A DNA stretch of 55,822 bases. It comes from Saprolegnia diclina VS20. Lineage: Eukaryota. The stretch spans positions 386,400-442,221 of the forward strand of contig NW_008246074.1 of assembly GCF_000281045.1 (NCBI RefSeq). Direction: 5' to 3'. This document shows, piece by piece, positions 45,728-55,822 of the stretch (position 1 is its first letter; the number at the start of each line of letters is the position of its first letter). Below the pieces are notes generated by a model. That model had not been told where the DNA came from. It ran no database searches and worked only from the letters and a program-made list of their open reading frames with translations. The translations under genes and the position numbers were made by a program.

Positions 45728-46133
45728 CCTCGATATTCCTAAGTTATTGGACTTGCTTCTGGTTCTGGTTGTATCTACCAAGCTGGTTATTGCTTCTGGT
45801 TCTGGTAGCTGGCAAGATTGTGTCGATGCTGCGACGGCAAGCATGGCCTGGCGTCGGGTCGACTTTGCCATGGCGACGATCTCGTCGTCGTGCCATGATG
45901 ACACGGCGTGGACGATGGGCAAGGGTGCATGGACATGAGGCGTCGTCAGTCGCCGTGACATGGACACGGCCGACGTGGGTGGCGTGGGGCTGGGATGCGT
46001 CGCCTCGAGTCCAGCACATCGACCTCGTCGTCGTTGCCAGCCGGCATGGCGCAGGGACACAGGTAGCGTAAAATAGGTTTTTTGATAGTAGTTTTATCTA
46101 AGAGATAGAATTCGAGGCCTAATCCGAGTTCGT

Positions 46134-46883
46134 TTACTCGACGTCCTGGACGTTCATGTCGCCCTGGTTGGCGTCAGCGTTGTCGGGTTCCTGGTCCGAC
46201 GTCCACAGCGTAAGGTTGTCGCGGAGGAGCTGCATGATCAAGGTCGAGTCCTTGTACGACTCTTCCGAGAGCGTGTCGAGCTCGGCAATCGCATCGTCGA
46301 ACGCCTGCTTGGCGAGGTTGCAAGCACGGTCCGGCGAGTTGAGGATTTCGTAGTAAAACACCGAAAAGTTGAGCGCGAGGCCGAGGCGGATCGGGTGCGT
46401 GGGCGGGAGCTCGGCCATCGCGATCGTCGACGCCTGCTTGTAGCTGTCGAGGGCCTTGTCCGAGCTCTCCTTGCGCTCGTCGTCGACCTGGAATTCGGCG
46501 AGGTACCGGTGGTAGTCGCCCTTCATCTTGTAGTAAAACACCTTGCCTTCCTCGCTCGACGAGTTCGGGATCAAGTTGCTCTCAATGATCTGCAAAATGT
46601 CGTTGCAAATGTTGACGAGCTCGGCCTCGATCTTGAGGCGGTAGTTCTTGATGTGCTCGGCGCGCTCGACGTCGCCCTTGTTCTCGATCGACGAGATCAC
46701 GCGCCAGCTGGCACGGCGCGAGCCGATCACGTTCTTGTACGCGACCGAGAGGAGGTTGCGCTCCTCGACCGAGAGCTCCACGTTGTGGTTGTTGGCGACG
46801 GCCTTCATGTGGTCGACCATCTCGTCGTAGCGCTCGGCCTGTTCGGCGAGCTTGGCAAGGAAGACGAGCGAATCACGGTCCAT
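46134..46883 (-). CDS. 14-3-3 protein
   Basis: [97 protein letters not shown]. Confidence 0.98.
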   Translation of the reverse strand: MDRDSLVFLAKLAEQAERYDEMVDHMKAVANNHNVELSVEERNLLSVAYKNVIGSRRASWRVISSIENKGDVERAEHIKNYRLKIEAELVNICNDILQIIESNLIPNSSSEEGKVFYYKMKGDYHRYLAEFQVDDERKESSDKALDSYKQASTIAMAELPPTHPIRLGLALNFSVFYYEILNSPDRACNLAKQAFDDAIAELDTLSEESYKDSTLIMQLLRDNLTLWTSDQEPDNADANQGDMNVQDVE

Positions 46884-47935
46884 GGTGCTAGTTAGTAGTA
46901 CGGGGTAGTCGAAGTGGGGCGGAGACGGCAAATTCGGGACTGAGCCCGATTTATAATAATAGCTCGACCCCGCCCCACCTCTGATTTTGGCCAATCGCGA
47001 TCGCGGATTTCGCACCCATACAAACTTCAAATCAAAGTCCATGTATACAGCGTGCTTGTTCTCGAAAACGCCGCGAGATTCGCAGTCGTCAGTGGCGTCG
47101 CACTTGATCGGATGCATACAATTGCCGAGAGGTTCAAAGCGCACTTATCCGGGTCTATACAAAAAGCAAGAGAAGGGCGAAACGTGGGGTGGCGAGAATT
47201 ATTAAAGAATGTGTGTATTTTAATCCCCGCGCGGCGGGCTTCAAGGTGGTATTTTATGACTTGGCGTTTGTATGCAAATGCGATTGTAGTCGGTGGACTT
47301 GGCGTGGATTTTTATTATATCAAGTTTTATATATGGGCGTGGGGCGGTTGAATTTTTGAGCCGTTTCCGCCACTTCGTCGTTCTTTTTTCAGTTTCACAC
47401 GGGCGCCCTTTCGTTGAAGTTGTCCCGGCGCACGGTTCGCGTCATTTAGTTAGTCGACGACTCGAACGACATGGCGAGAGGCCACCAACATGGCAACGGT
47501 TCTCGAGACGAGAGAGAGGTGGGCGTAGGGGCGAGCCACGCGAAACGTTGATGCTGAGGCTGTCGCGGGTGGGGTTCGCGCTGGCTCGCACCGTTACACA
47601 GCTCGTGTCGAGCGGTCGTTTCGGTGCCGAAAATACCACCCGCGAGTTCGACGGGCGCGACGGTGCAGGAGTTTCATCGTGCTTGGAATAGATACCATCG
47701 TGTATACGAATAGCAAGCACACAGCGTGGTCGTTGTGCACTGATCGCCAACGGGTGGCTCAGACGGCAGCGCGCCGTGCAACCGTTTCGACCAACGCCGT
47801 TGGGTTTAGTCGGTGGCATCTGCCGCGTTTAGTCGAACCTCTCATTTTGAATGCAGCTAGAATACCTACATTCTGATCCGGATACTACCGGCGCCGAACC
47901 CGTAGCATTTTATTTCGCACGGAGACACCAGTCAC

Positions 47936-48487
47936 ATGGGGCGCTACACGACCGAGCAGACGTACACGGACAAGGCGGCGACGGTCGGGACCGTCCCGTA
48001 CGAGGTCGTCAAGGAGAAGGAAGAGGCGACGCCCGCGCCGGCCGAAGCGTCCAAGGAGTCCAAGGAGCGCTTCAAGTTCAACCGCGTCGACAATGTCGCT
48101 GGCAGTACCGCCGGCGCCGGCAGCGGCGAGTTCCACATGTACCGCGCGGCCCGGCGCCGCGAGATGGAGCGCGTCGGTGCTATGGAAGCCGAGCACAAGA
48201 AGACGGTAGAAGACTTGGCCTTCCAGGAGAAGCGCAAGCGCGCGCAGGCCGAGCTGGAAGAGAAGACACGCCAGAAAGCATCCAAGCGCCGCCGAAAGCA
48301 AGAGAACGCCAAGGTGAAGAAGATGATGGGCGCCGACGCCAAAAAGGACGAGCCGCTGGACGTGACGCCCGACGTCATGCCGGGCGGCGTGCCCGAGATC
48401 CCGAACGACGGCTCGTTCTTGGCCAAGCTCCTCGCGCAGCAGGCGTCGAAGAGCGAGGCCAGCACCGCGCCGACGACGACTAAGTAG
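47936..48487 (+). CDS. PRKRIP1: PRKR-interacting protein 1 homolog (DUF1168 splicing factor)
   Basis: RVDNVAGSTAGAGSGEFHMYRAARRREMER followed by a basic coiled coil KT...KRRRK. Confidence 0.9.
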   Translation: MGRYTTEQTYTDKAATVGTVPYEVVKEKEEATPAPAEASKESKERFKFNRVDNVAGSTAGAGSGEFHMYRAARRREMERVGAMEAEHKKTVEDLAFQEKRKRAQAELEEKTRQKASKRRRKQENAKVKKMMGADAKKDEPLDVTPDVMPGGVPEIPNDGSFLAKLLAQQASKSEASTAPTTTK

Positions 48488-48607
48488 ACGGCGAGGATAC
48501 GAACGACGATTTGTAAGCCGAGGTCATGTTGCTATATTTATGTTAAAGGTCCTCTTCTAGTTTAGTATGGAGTATCACGCTACACATGAACCGAAGCGAG
48601 TCCGTAT

Positions 48608-49111
48608 CTACAGAAGGGCCGCAAACAGCGCCGCCGAGACCACCGACACGACCGACGCAGTCGTCGCGGCCGACGTCGTCGTCGTCGTCGAGCCACCGGC
48701 CGCCGGCGCCTTGGTCGACGTCACGGGTGCGGGCGTTGGCGCCACTGTCGGCGGGGCCGTCAGGTTGGCGTACTGCGTGCAGAGCGTGCTGAAGAAGTCC
48801 TTGGCGATAACGCGCTGGCCGTCGAGGTCGAACGCGCACGCCGGCAGGCGGATCGAGGTGTACTTTTGGGCCACGCTTGCGCAGGCGGGCACGGAGCAGA
48901 ACGCACTGAGCTGCTCTTGGGTCGGGCGGGTCTTGGGCACCGGCACAAACTTGTAGCCCGACGCATCCGCGCAGTCGTTGAGGTTGCCAATGATCGGGCC
49001 AAAGCCGAGCGCGACCGAGCCTTGGTCGCAGTCGTACTGCAGCGCGTCTTGGCTCGCGCCGTACTGGACGCAGCATGCCAGCGCAAAGATCAGCGGCGTC
49101 GTCGTCTTCAT
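48608..49111 (-). CDS. Elicitin-like secreted protein with Thr/Pro stalk and probable GPI anchor
   Basis: Signal peptide, six-Cys domain with CADASGYKF...PTQEQLSAFCSVPAC, PTPAP/T-rich linker, hydrophobic C-terminus. INR-like CTCATTTC just upstream. Confidence 0.82.
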   Translation of the reverse strand: MKTTTPLIFALACCVQYGASQDALQYDCDQGSVALGFGPIIGNLNDCADASGYKFVPVPKTRPTQEQLSAFCSVPACASVAQKYTSIRLPACAFDLDGQRVIAKDFFSTLCTQYANLTAPPTVAPTPAPVTSTKAPAAGGSTTTTTSAATTASVVSVVSAALFAALL

Positions 49112-49627
49112 AATCGGAGATAAGAAATGAGTGCTGAGTGAAAGCCAGCGACGCCGACCATCTGGTCCCACATTGCGGAGGACTGACCGCCGCCATACAA
49201 ACTCCCCGTGTCCCAACGCGATGGGCATAGACAGGAGGTCAAGAACTGCACGGACGGCGAGCGGCCGCTACGACGACCAGCAGCCCAGTACTGTTTGTGC
49301 TTCGAGTCTGGTATAGTCTGGTATAGTCTGGTGCGACTCTACGACGAGGCATGCTCTCTAGACGCGCCGACACCACCTTCTACTGCTGACCAGTGCCCGG
49401 CCTGATCGTGACAACTGCAATGCAGGCAGCGGCTCTTGCTGAACTGGGATTGCTCCAGCTGATTGCTCCACGACACTGAATTCCTGACCTCCAAAAAATA
49501 CTGCCACATGCTGCTTCCACGTCATCATCCCATCGCATCAACCAGCATGCAGTAGATGATCCAAGCCGGCTAGGATGTCCGAAGCATGCTAATGGTAGGA
49601 TGACAGAGTTCTCTTGGTCCGACATTA

Positions 49628-50913
49628 TCAGGCAAAGGACGAGCTGCTGCCCATGGGCGACCGCTCGAACGTGCCGCTGCTGTTGTTGCGCGGGAGGTAC
49701 GGGCGCGGCGGGACTCCGGCGGCGGCGGGGTTCGTTGCTGTCATCGGTGTCGTCTAGTCGCCATTGGATCAGAACCAGATTCATCTCAGCATCCACCACA
49801 ACTGGGCACACGTACTACCTGGTAATGGTACGGCGCGTCGTCGGCGCGAAGGAGCGTGTGCGTTTCGTCGAGCATCGCGTCCTTCCCGCTACGCGCGGTC
49901 GTCGACGTCGCCGACGCCGTGCGATGCGTAAAGTACAAGAGGAGGGCGCACGGAAGGAACTCGGTCAGAATGTACACGCCGAGCTCAAAGATGTACGGGT
50001 CGAGGCCCGCCGGCGTCCGGTACTGGTCGTGCCACGACGGGATCGCGGCCGTCGCCATGCAGAGGAGGTAGACGCCGAGCCCGAGGAAGAGCGCGCAGCA
50101 CATGGCGCAGATGAGCATGATCTAGCTCGATATTCAGCATGACGAGCTGCAGTATGGAGCAAGAGTACCCGGCGGACGACGATCTGGCGGGGCGTGAGGC
50201 CGCGGAACGACGCGTGCATCGAGACGTCCATATCGAAGAAAAAGTCGTCCTCGACATGCGTCGACCTGAAGAAGACGACGAGGCGGCCGCTGTAGTAGAG
50301 GATCGCGAGGAAGCCGCAAATGTAGAAGCAGCCAAGACCGCCTTGCGTCCACTTCCAGAAGCTCCCGGTCGAGTGGGTCGCAAACATGAGCACGACAAAG
50401 CCGACGTAGAGGAGGAGATTGCAGGCAAAGTACGCGGCCTTGTGGAGCGGAAAGCTGAGGCCGTAGCAGGCCGTGCACAGCTGCGCGTAGAACAAGATGA
50501 GTAGCGAGTACGTCGAGACGAAGAAGAGACACGGGAGCAGCGAGAAGATCGACGACTAGACGATCCATCATGAGCCAATCTAGGAGCCAGGTGCAGGAGG
50601 AACGTACCACCCACGCAATGCTGGCGTTGGTCGTGTTCTTGCGCGGAAGAAAGGCGAGGTCCGAGTCGCCGGGCGAGAGCGAGAGGGCAACGAGGTCGAC
50701 GCTCAAGCTCACGAGGCGGGCGCTGGCTGCGATGAGGAGCAGCACGAAGAAGCGCTTCCGCGTCTCGGCGCCGGCCGAGATCTCGCCCATCTCGAGCTCC
50801 ATGGCGCCGGCAGCATGGCGCGACTCGCCGCGGAGAGCGACGAAGGTGCAGATGCTTAGGCCGAGGAAGAGCCCAATGCCGGGGAGGAAGACCCACGAGA
50901 GGACGTCGACCAT
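49628..50913 (-). CDS. TOM1/THH1 (DUF1084, GPR137-like) multi-pass membrane protein (multi-exon)
   Basis: About seven hydrophobic segments. LLPCLFFVSTYSLLILFYAQL and YILTEFLPCALLLYF resemble DUF1084 motifs. Confidence 0.65.
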
Positions 50914-52958
50914 CGTCTCGAAATTGCGTTTCTACTTGCTTTGGACATAGTTAAAAATGGCGTCCATTTAGACTTTGGCATACAAACACCAAATTAAGCT
51001 ACGTGATCCACGCATCGGGACCGGCGTGAATCCCAGCACCCGGCAGCAGCGGGCTGGACGAGAGTCCACGGCGGCGACCCACGGCCGGCACGTTGGCGTT
51101 GACGACGACGACGAGGTGCGATGTAAACGTTGGCGATGCACGACCGGCGCCAGCTAGCGTGCCCACCGGTGGCCATTCGAGCCATGGTGCTCCGCATCAA
51201 GAGGCGAGCTCAGTACCCCACGTGCGTACCAAGCTGGTCGCATGCATAGTTCGCTGCCGAGAGCCGTCGAGCAGGACCATGGCACGGCTGCGGCAGCATT
51301 CGAGGTGATGTGTAGCATCATACAGCAGCCCACGAGGTGATATGTGTCTGACGCCAGAAGAGGCGAGTGGTCCGATCGCGGTCGTTACGACCGACGCCGC
51401 TGTCCTAGCCTGCCCACGCGGCCTACGCAAGAAGAGGAAGCGTCCTAGCTCGAGACGCTCTCCTCGGCTACGACAGCTAGGGTGCTATGCTCACGCTATC
51501 GCACCTTTCTTGCAGACAGGAAGTTGGCATGGCAGCCTGTTAACCAGTGACGACCCTTGGGCTTCGAGCGTCTTCACTTGTAGAATGAATCCCTTGTACG
51601 AGACGTAGCCCATCTCAAGTGTACAGGGACTCTAGCTAACGTTCACACAGCCAATTCGAGACGCATACACGCGTGTCGAGCCTCATGCATGACATGAAGA
51701 TGGCATTCGTCGTTGATTGCGTTAGGAGCAGCAAGTGCATCCGTGTTGACGAAACCAAGAACCTTTGAACGCGCTTGCTACATACCCAGGTCACGCGCGA
51801 CAGCCTTCGCACTAGCGATGAGCGTTGCTTGCAGCAGCCTCCAAGATGTCCCAAACCATCTCCGTCTCCATCGCCTGCTTGCGATTCGGTCCTCTTGGCT
51901 CCCCACGGCTTGGCAAATGCCATACCTTTCGTATGCATCTCTCTCCCTCGACGTCAACGGCATCGCGCATGGGCAAGGACAACTCTGGTCGGTAGACAAG
52001 ACGACAGCGACAGGCCCTTCTCGCCGCCGCCTCGTACAGGACAGGCGGCCTCGGTTCACCCTTGCACTTCCCCCGGCTCAGCAGCTTGGGAGGGTCGGAC
52101 GTCAATCGCCTTGTGGTAAGTTGCACGGGGGCGTCCGTGGTTGCATAAAACGAGCGCACTCTGCGTTTTGTAGCGGGCTTCGTGGCCATCCACCGCCAAC
52201 TGGCGCCAGAGACCCGGCGGCTGCAGGGGCCGAGCGAAGATTCCATCGCCATCTCCTTGTGGCCCACTGTGACATGCCATAATGCTCGCATCTTACTGGA
52301 CGGGAACGGACACCCACGGGTGCACGGGCCTACGTCATCATTTCATGCCAATGCACCAATCACACGCCGCGCCGGATACCTGGCACACGGCCATTGGGCG
52401 ACGACGACCCAATGTGATGTGGCGGAACGCGTCCCCTACGTAGATGCTCCACCAACGAGTCGGCTCGTCGTCATCGTCGTACGCCAAGATTCCCTGCATG
52501 GAGCCATCGGGGCGTCTGGTCGGAGAGGGCGGCTGCCTTTCTTGATGCACTCGCGAGATTCTCAAAGCCGCAAACGACGAGAGGCGAAGCCCACGTATCC
52601 ATCCAGCTATAGGAAGAAGGCGCAGCACGTGTTCTTTGTCCTACGTCGCTGCGTCTATATGCAGCTAGTTTACAGGATGGAGCTACGCACGGTGACCCAT
52701 TGAACGTTGTCTAGTGCACTTTTCGCATCAGTCCACGCAATAAAACCTTTATAAAACCGCTTTAAGACCAAGATGGTCTCGCATCATTCGCCGTCGGCGT
52801 CGACACGATGGTCGTCTGCTGCTGCTTGTGGCGCAATATCTGCTTGCGGGGGCTCGGCAAGCTCCATGTGAAAGCACTGCAGGAATGTATACCGGCTGCC
52901 GTTCCCGTCAAGCGCAGGTGGCCGATGACGTTCCGCAGTCCCCTACCCCGTCTCGCAT

Positions 52959-53131
52959 CTGATTGGCCAAAAAGATGACGTCAAAGTTGGTGCGCCGCCC
53001 CGGGACCCCTTTTGACGCGGATCGAATTTTGTGATTGGCTGAAAAGCCCCTACCCCGTTGGAGATCCCAGATATGGAAACTAGTATACACATACTGAAAA
53101 TAAGTATGTTTACCAAACGCGTATCCGGATA
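52959..53131. promoter_or_regulatory. ACC promoter: two CCAAT boxes and a perfect palindrome TATCCGGATA
   Basis: CTGATTGGCC near 52959, TGATTGGCT near 53032, TATCCGGATA at 53122-53131. Confidence 0.55.
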
Positions 53132-53204
53132 GTCATCACAAATCCATGCCAAGGGTCGAAGTCTCATTTAGCAACTTGGCGTGTGGCAGACGAATCGACT
53201 TAGC

Positions 53205-55822
53205 ATGGCCGCCGAACTCACGAGCTTGCGCAAGGCCCGCGCCGACAGCCGCGTCCTGACCTTCACGAGCATGGCCCAGTACGTCGAGGAGATGCAAGGC
53301 AAGCGGCCGGTCACGAAGATGCTCATCGCCAACAACGGTATCTCGGCGGTCAAATGCATCCGCTCGGTCCGCAAGTGGGCGTACGAGACGTTCGGGAACG
53401 AGCGCATGGTGCAGTTCGTCGTCATGGCGACGCCCGAGGATCTGCGCGCCAACGCCGAGTACATCCGCATGGCCGAGCACGTGGTCGAGGTGCCCGGCGG
53501 CTCCAACAACAACAACTACGCCAACGTCATGCTCATCGTCGAGCTCGCCGAGCGCTTCGAAGTCGATGCTGTCTGGGCCGGGTGGGGCCATGCCAGTGAG
53601 AACCCGCTCTTGCCCGACAGCCTCGAGAAGACCGCGCGCAAGATCCTCTTTGTCGGGCCCTCGGGCAAGCCGATGCGCGCGCTTGGCGACAAGATCGGGT
53701 CGACGATCATTGCGCAGAGCGCGCGCGTCCCGACCATCTCGTGGAACGGCGATGGTATTACAGTCAACTACAAGACGCTCAACTCGATCCCGGACGAGAT
53801 TTACGAGGCTGCGTCGATCAAGGACGTCGACCACTGCGTCGAGCAGTGCGCGCGCATTGGCTTCCCCGTCATGATCAAGGCCAGCGAGGGCGGCGGCGGC
53901 AAGGGTATCCGCAAGATCACGCGGCCGGAAGACGTGGTCGCCGGCTACACGGCCGTGCAGGGCGAGATCCCCGGGTCGCCGATCTTTGTCATGAAGCTCG
54001 CGCCGAAGTCGCGCCATCTTGAAGTCCAGCTGCTCGCGGACGAGTACGGCAATGCGATCGCGCTCTCGGGTCGCGACTGCTCGGTGCAGCGCCGCCACCA
54101 AAAGATCATTGAAGAAGGCCCGGTGCTCGCGCCGACCGAGGCGGTCTGGGACGAGATGATGCTCGCAGCGACGCGGCTCGCCAAGGAAGTCGACTACGTC
54201 AACGCCGGTACGGTCGAGTACCTCTTCACCGAGACGCCGGACGCCGACGGCAACAACTTTTTCTTCCTCGAGCTCAACCCGCGTCTCCAGGTCGAGCACC
54301 CGGTGACGGAGATGATCACGGGCGTCAACTTGCCGGCGTGCCAGCTCCAAGTGGCCATGGGCATTCCGTTGCACATGATCCCGGACGTGCGTCGCCTCTA
54401 CAACAAGGACTCGCATGGCAAGTCGCCCATCGACTTTGAGAAGGAGAAGCAGCTGCCGCCGCACGGCCACGTCATTGCCGCGCGCATCACCGCCGAGGAC
54501 CCGAACGCGGGTTTCCAGCCGACGTCCGGAGCGATTGAAGAGCTCAACTTCCGGTCGACGCCCGACGTGTGGGGCTACTTCTCGGTCGACTCGTCCGGCC
54601 GCGTCCACGAGTACGCCGACTCGCAGATCGGCCACTTGTTTTCGTGGAGCACGTCGCGGGAGCGCGCGCGCAAGAACCTCGTGCTCGCGCTCAAGGAGCT
54701 CTCGATCCGCGGTGAGATCAACACGACGGTCGAGTACCTCGTGCAGATGATCGAGGCCGACGACTTCAAGGCCAACCGCATCTCGACCTCGTGGCTGGAC
54801 GAGCGCATTGCGCGCCATAAGGAAGTGAGCCTCCAGGGCCGCCCGGACACGCTCATGGTCGTCCTCGTCGGCGCCATGTGCCTCGCGTACCAAGCGTCGG
54901 CGGCGCGCATGGAAGCGTACGTCGCGCAGCTCGAGCGCGGTCAGATCCCGGCGCCCGAGCTGCTGACGCAGGAAGATGCGCTCGAGCTCATCTACGAAGG
55001 CGTCAAGTACCAGATCCAGGCCGCGCGGTCGGGCGCGATCACGTTCACGCTGAGCTGCAACGACTCGTACGTGCAGGCCAACATCCGCACGCTCTCGGAC
55101 GGCGGGTTCCTCGTGCTCTTGAACGGGAAGAGCCATGTCGCGTACGCGACCAAAGAAGCGCAAGGCCTCCGCCTCATCGTCGACGGCAACACGTGCGTCT
55201 TCACCAACGAGTACGACCCGACGCGCCTCGTGACCAACGCGGCCGGCAAGCTCGCGCGGTACCTCGCCAAGGACGGCGCCAAGCTCCGCCGCGGCACGCC
55301 GTACGCCGAAGTCGAAGTCATGAAGATGTACATGCCGCTGCTGACGCCGGAGGATGGCGTCGTGCGCCACGTCAAGCCCGAAGGCTCAGTCCTCGCGCCC
55401 GGCGACCTCATTGCGACCATGGAGCTGGACGACCCGTCGTGCGTCAAGCTCTCCGACATCTTCCGCGGGAAGCTCCCAGCGTTCTCGAACGACCCGGAAT
55501 TCGCCAGCGCCAAGTCGATCTTTGTGCTCAAGAAGGCCATGGAGGTCGTCGGGACGCTCCTCGAGGGCTATGTGGTGCCGCAGGACCTCGTCGCCAAGGC
55601 GCTTGCCGACCTCTTTTGCGCTCTGGACGACCCGCTGTTGCCGGTCGACGAGCTCGGCGAAGTGCTCTCGTCGCTCGCGGGCCGCATGCCGGGCGCTGTC
55701 TACGACGATATCTTTGCGCTCAAGACGGCGTTCCGGGCGTCGGACAAGGCGGTGCCCTTCAACATGGCGACGGTCGTGTCGATTCTCGATGGCTTCAAGG
55801 CCAAGCTGCCGTCGCACGCCGA
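53205..55822 (+). CDS. ACC1: Acetyl-CoA carboxylase (homomeric eukaryotic type), 5' part; runs off the window end
   Basis: KMLIANNGISAVKCIRSVRKWAY, MATPEDLRANAEYIRMA, AVWAGWGHASENP, MIKASEGGGGKGIRK, RDCSVQRRHQKIIEE, FLELNPRLQVEHP, biotin motif EVEVMKM. Absent from the ORF track because there is no stop in the window. Confidence 0.97.
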   Translation, partial: MAAELTSLRKARADSRVLTFTSMAQYVEEMQGKRPVTKMLIANNGISAVKCIRSVRKWAYETFGNERMVQFVVMATPEDLRANAEYIRMAEHVVEVPGGSNNNNYANVMLIVELAERFEVDAVWAGWGHASENPLLPDSLEKTARKILFVGPSGKPMRALGDKIGSTIIAQSARVPTISWNGDGITVNYKTLNSIPDEIYEAASIKDVDHCVEQCARIGFPVMIKASEGGGGKGIRKITRPEDVVAGYTAVQGEIPGSPIFVMKLAPKSRHLEVQLLADEYGNAIALSGRDCSVQRRHQKIIEEGPVLAPTEAVWDEMMLAATRLAKEVDYVNAGTVEYLFTETPDADGNNFFFLELNPRLQVEHPVTEMITGVNLPACQLQVAMGIPLHMIPDVRRLYNKDSHGKSPIDFEKEKQLPPHGHVIAARITAEDPNAGFQPTSGAIEELNFRSTPDVWGYFSVDSSGRVHEYADSQIGHLFSWSTSRERARKNLVLALKELSIRGEINTTVEYLVQMIEADDFKANRISTSWLDERIARHKEVSLQGRPDTLMVVLVGAMCLAYQASAARMEAYVAQLERGQIPAPELLTQEDALELIYEGVKYQIQAARSGAITFTLSCNDSYVQANIRTLSDGGFLVLLNGKSHVAYATKEAQGLRLIVDGNTCVFTNEYDPTRLVTNAAGKLARYLAKDGAKLRRGTPYAEVEVMKMYMPLLTPEDGVVRHVKPEGSVLAPGDLIATMELDDPSCVKLSDIFRGKLPAFSNDPEFASAKSIFVLKKAMEVVGTLLEGYVVPQDLVAKALADLFCALDDPLLPVDELGEVLSSLAGRMPGAVYDDIFALKTAFRASDKAVPFNMATVVSILDGFKAKLPSHA

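Noticed and set aside
46884..47144. N-terminal extension of the 14-3-3 ORF to 336 aa
   Set aside because: Family homology starts at MDRDSLV (46883); the upstream part is promoter/UTR-like sequence.
49305..49333. 10-bp tandem AGTCTGGTAT, plus other short repeats (9278-9299 GCC tract, 43093-43127 12-bp coding repeat, 45742-45807)
   Set aside because: Ordinary slippage repeats with no spacers; not CRISPR-like.
50975..52900. Assorted ORFs of 60-190 aa between the TOM1-like gene and ACC
   Set aside because: No recognisable motifs or host-like codon bias; may hold decayed sequence but cannot be called.
53136..55370. 744-aa minus-strand ORF
   Set aside because: Antisense shadow of acetyl-CoA carboxylase caused by high GC3 codon usage; no recognisable motifs.
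1..55822. tRNA, rRNA, CRISPR arrays or prokaryotic operons
   Set aside because: None recognised by eye; the sequence is intron-rich eukaryotic DNA. tRNAscan-SE/Infernal would be needed to exclude small ncRNAs.

Overview
Eukaryotic, GC-rich, very gene-dense DNA with many short (about 40-60 nt) GT-AG introns. The gene content (elicitin-like protein, an expanded LWP-motif LRR-like family, oomycete-type INR/FPR and CCAAT promoter elements) points to an oomycete, most likely Saprolegniales; the taxon is inferred, not verified. About 22 protein-coding genes were reconstructed by eye: kinesin with C-terminal WW domain, two USP deubiquitinases, SAPS-like protein, CTNNBL1, a TKL pseudokinase, YaaA, three tandem HIG1/Rcf2-like genes, a Vti1-like SNARE, two LRR-like family genes, SMYD methyltransferase, importin-7/8, a PX protein, a vWA-RBR ubiquitin ligase, a giant receiver/hydrolase/IQ/SAM/ankyrin protein, 14-3-3, PRKRIP1, elicitin-like, TOM1-like 7TM protein and the 5' part of acetyl-CoA carboxylase. 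A repeat and pseudogene island at about 20.1-27.0 kb holds a gypsy integrase remnant and a hairpin with 95-bp arms. An assembly gap spans 32345-33061. The most notable observations are the 1900-aa pseudo-enzyme signalling scaffold, the vWA-RBR ligase, a recurrent TCCGGATA promoter motif, and an antisense coding overlap in which one CTAG is both a stop codon and a splice acceptor. All exon structures are manual predictions; no database searches were run.
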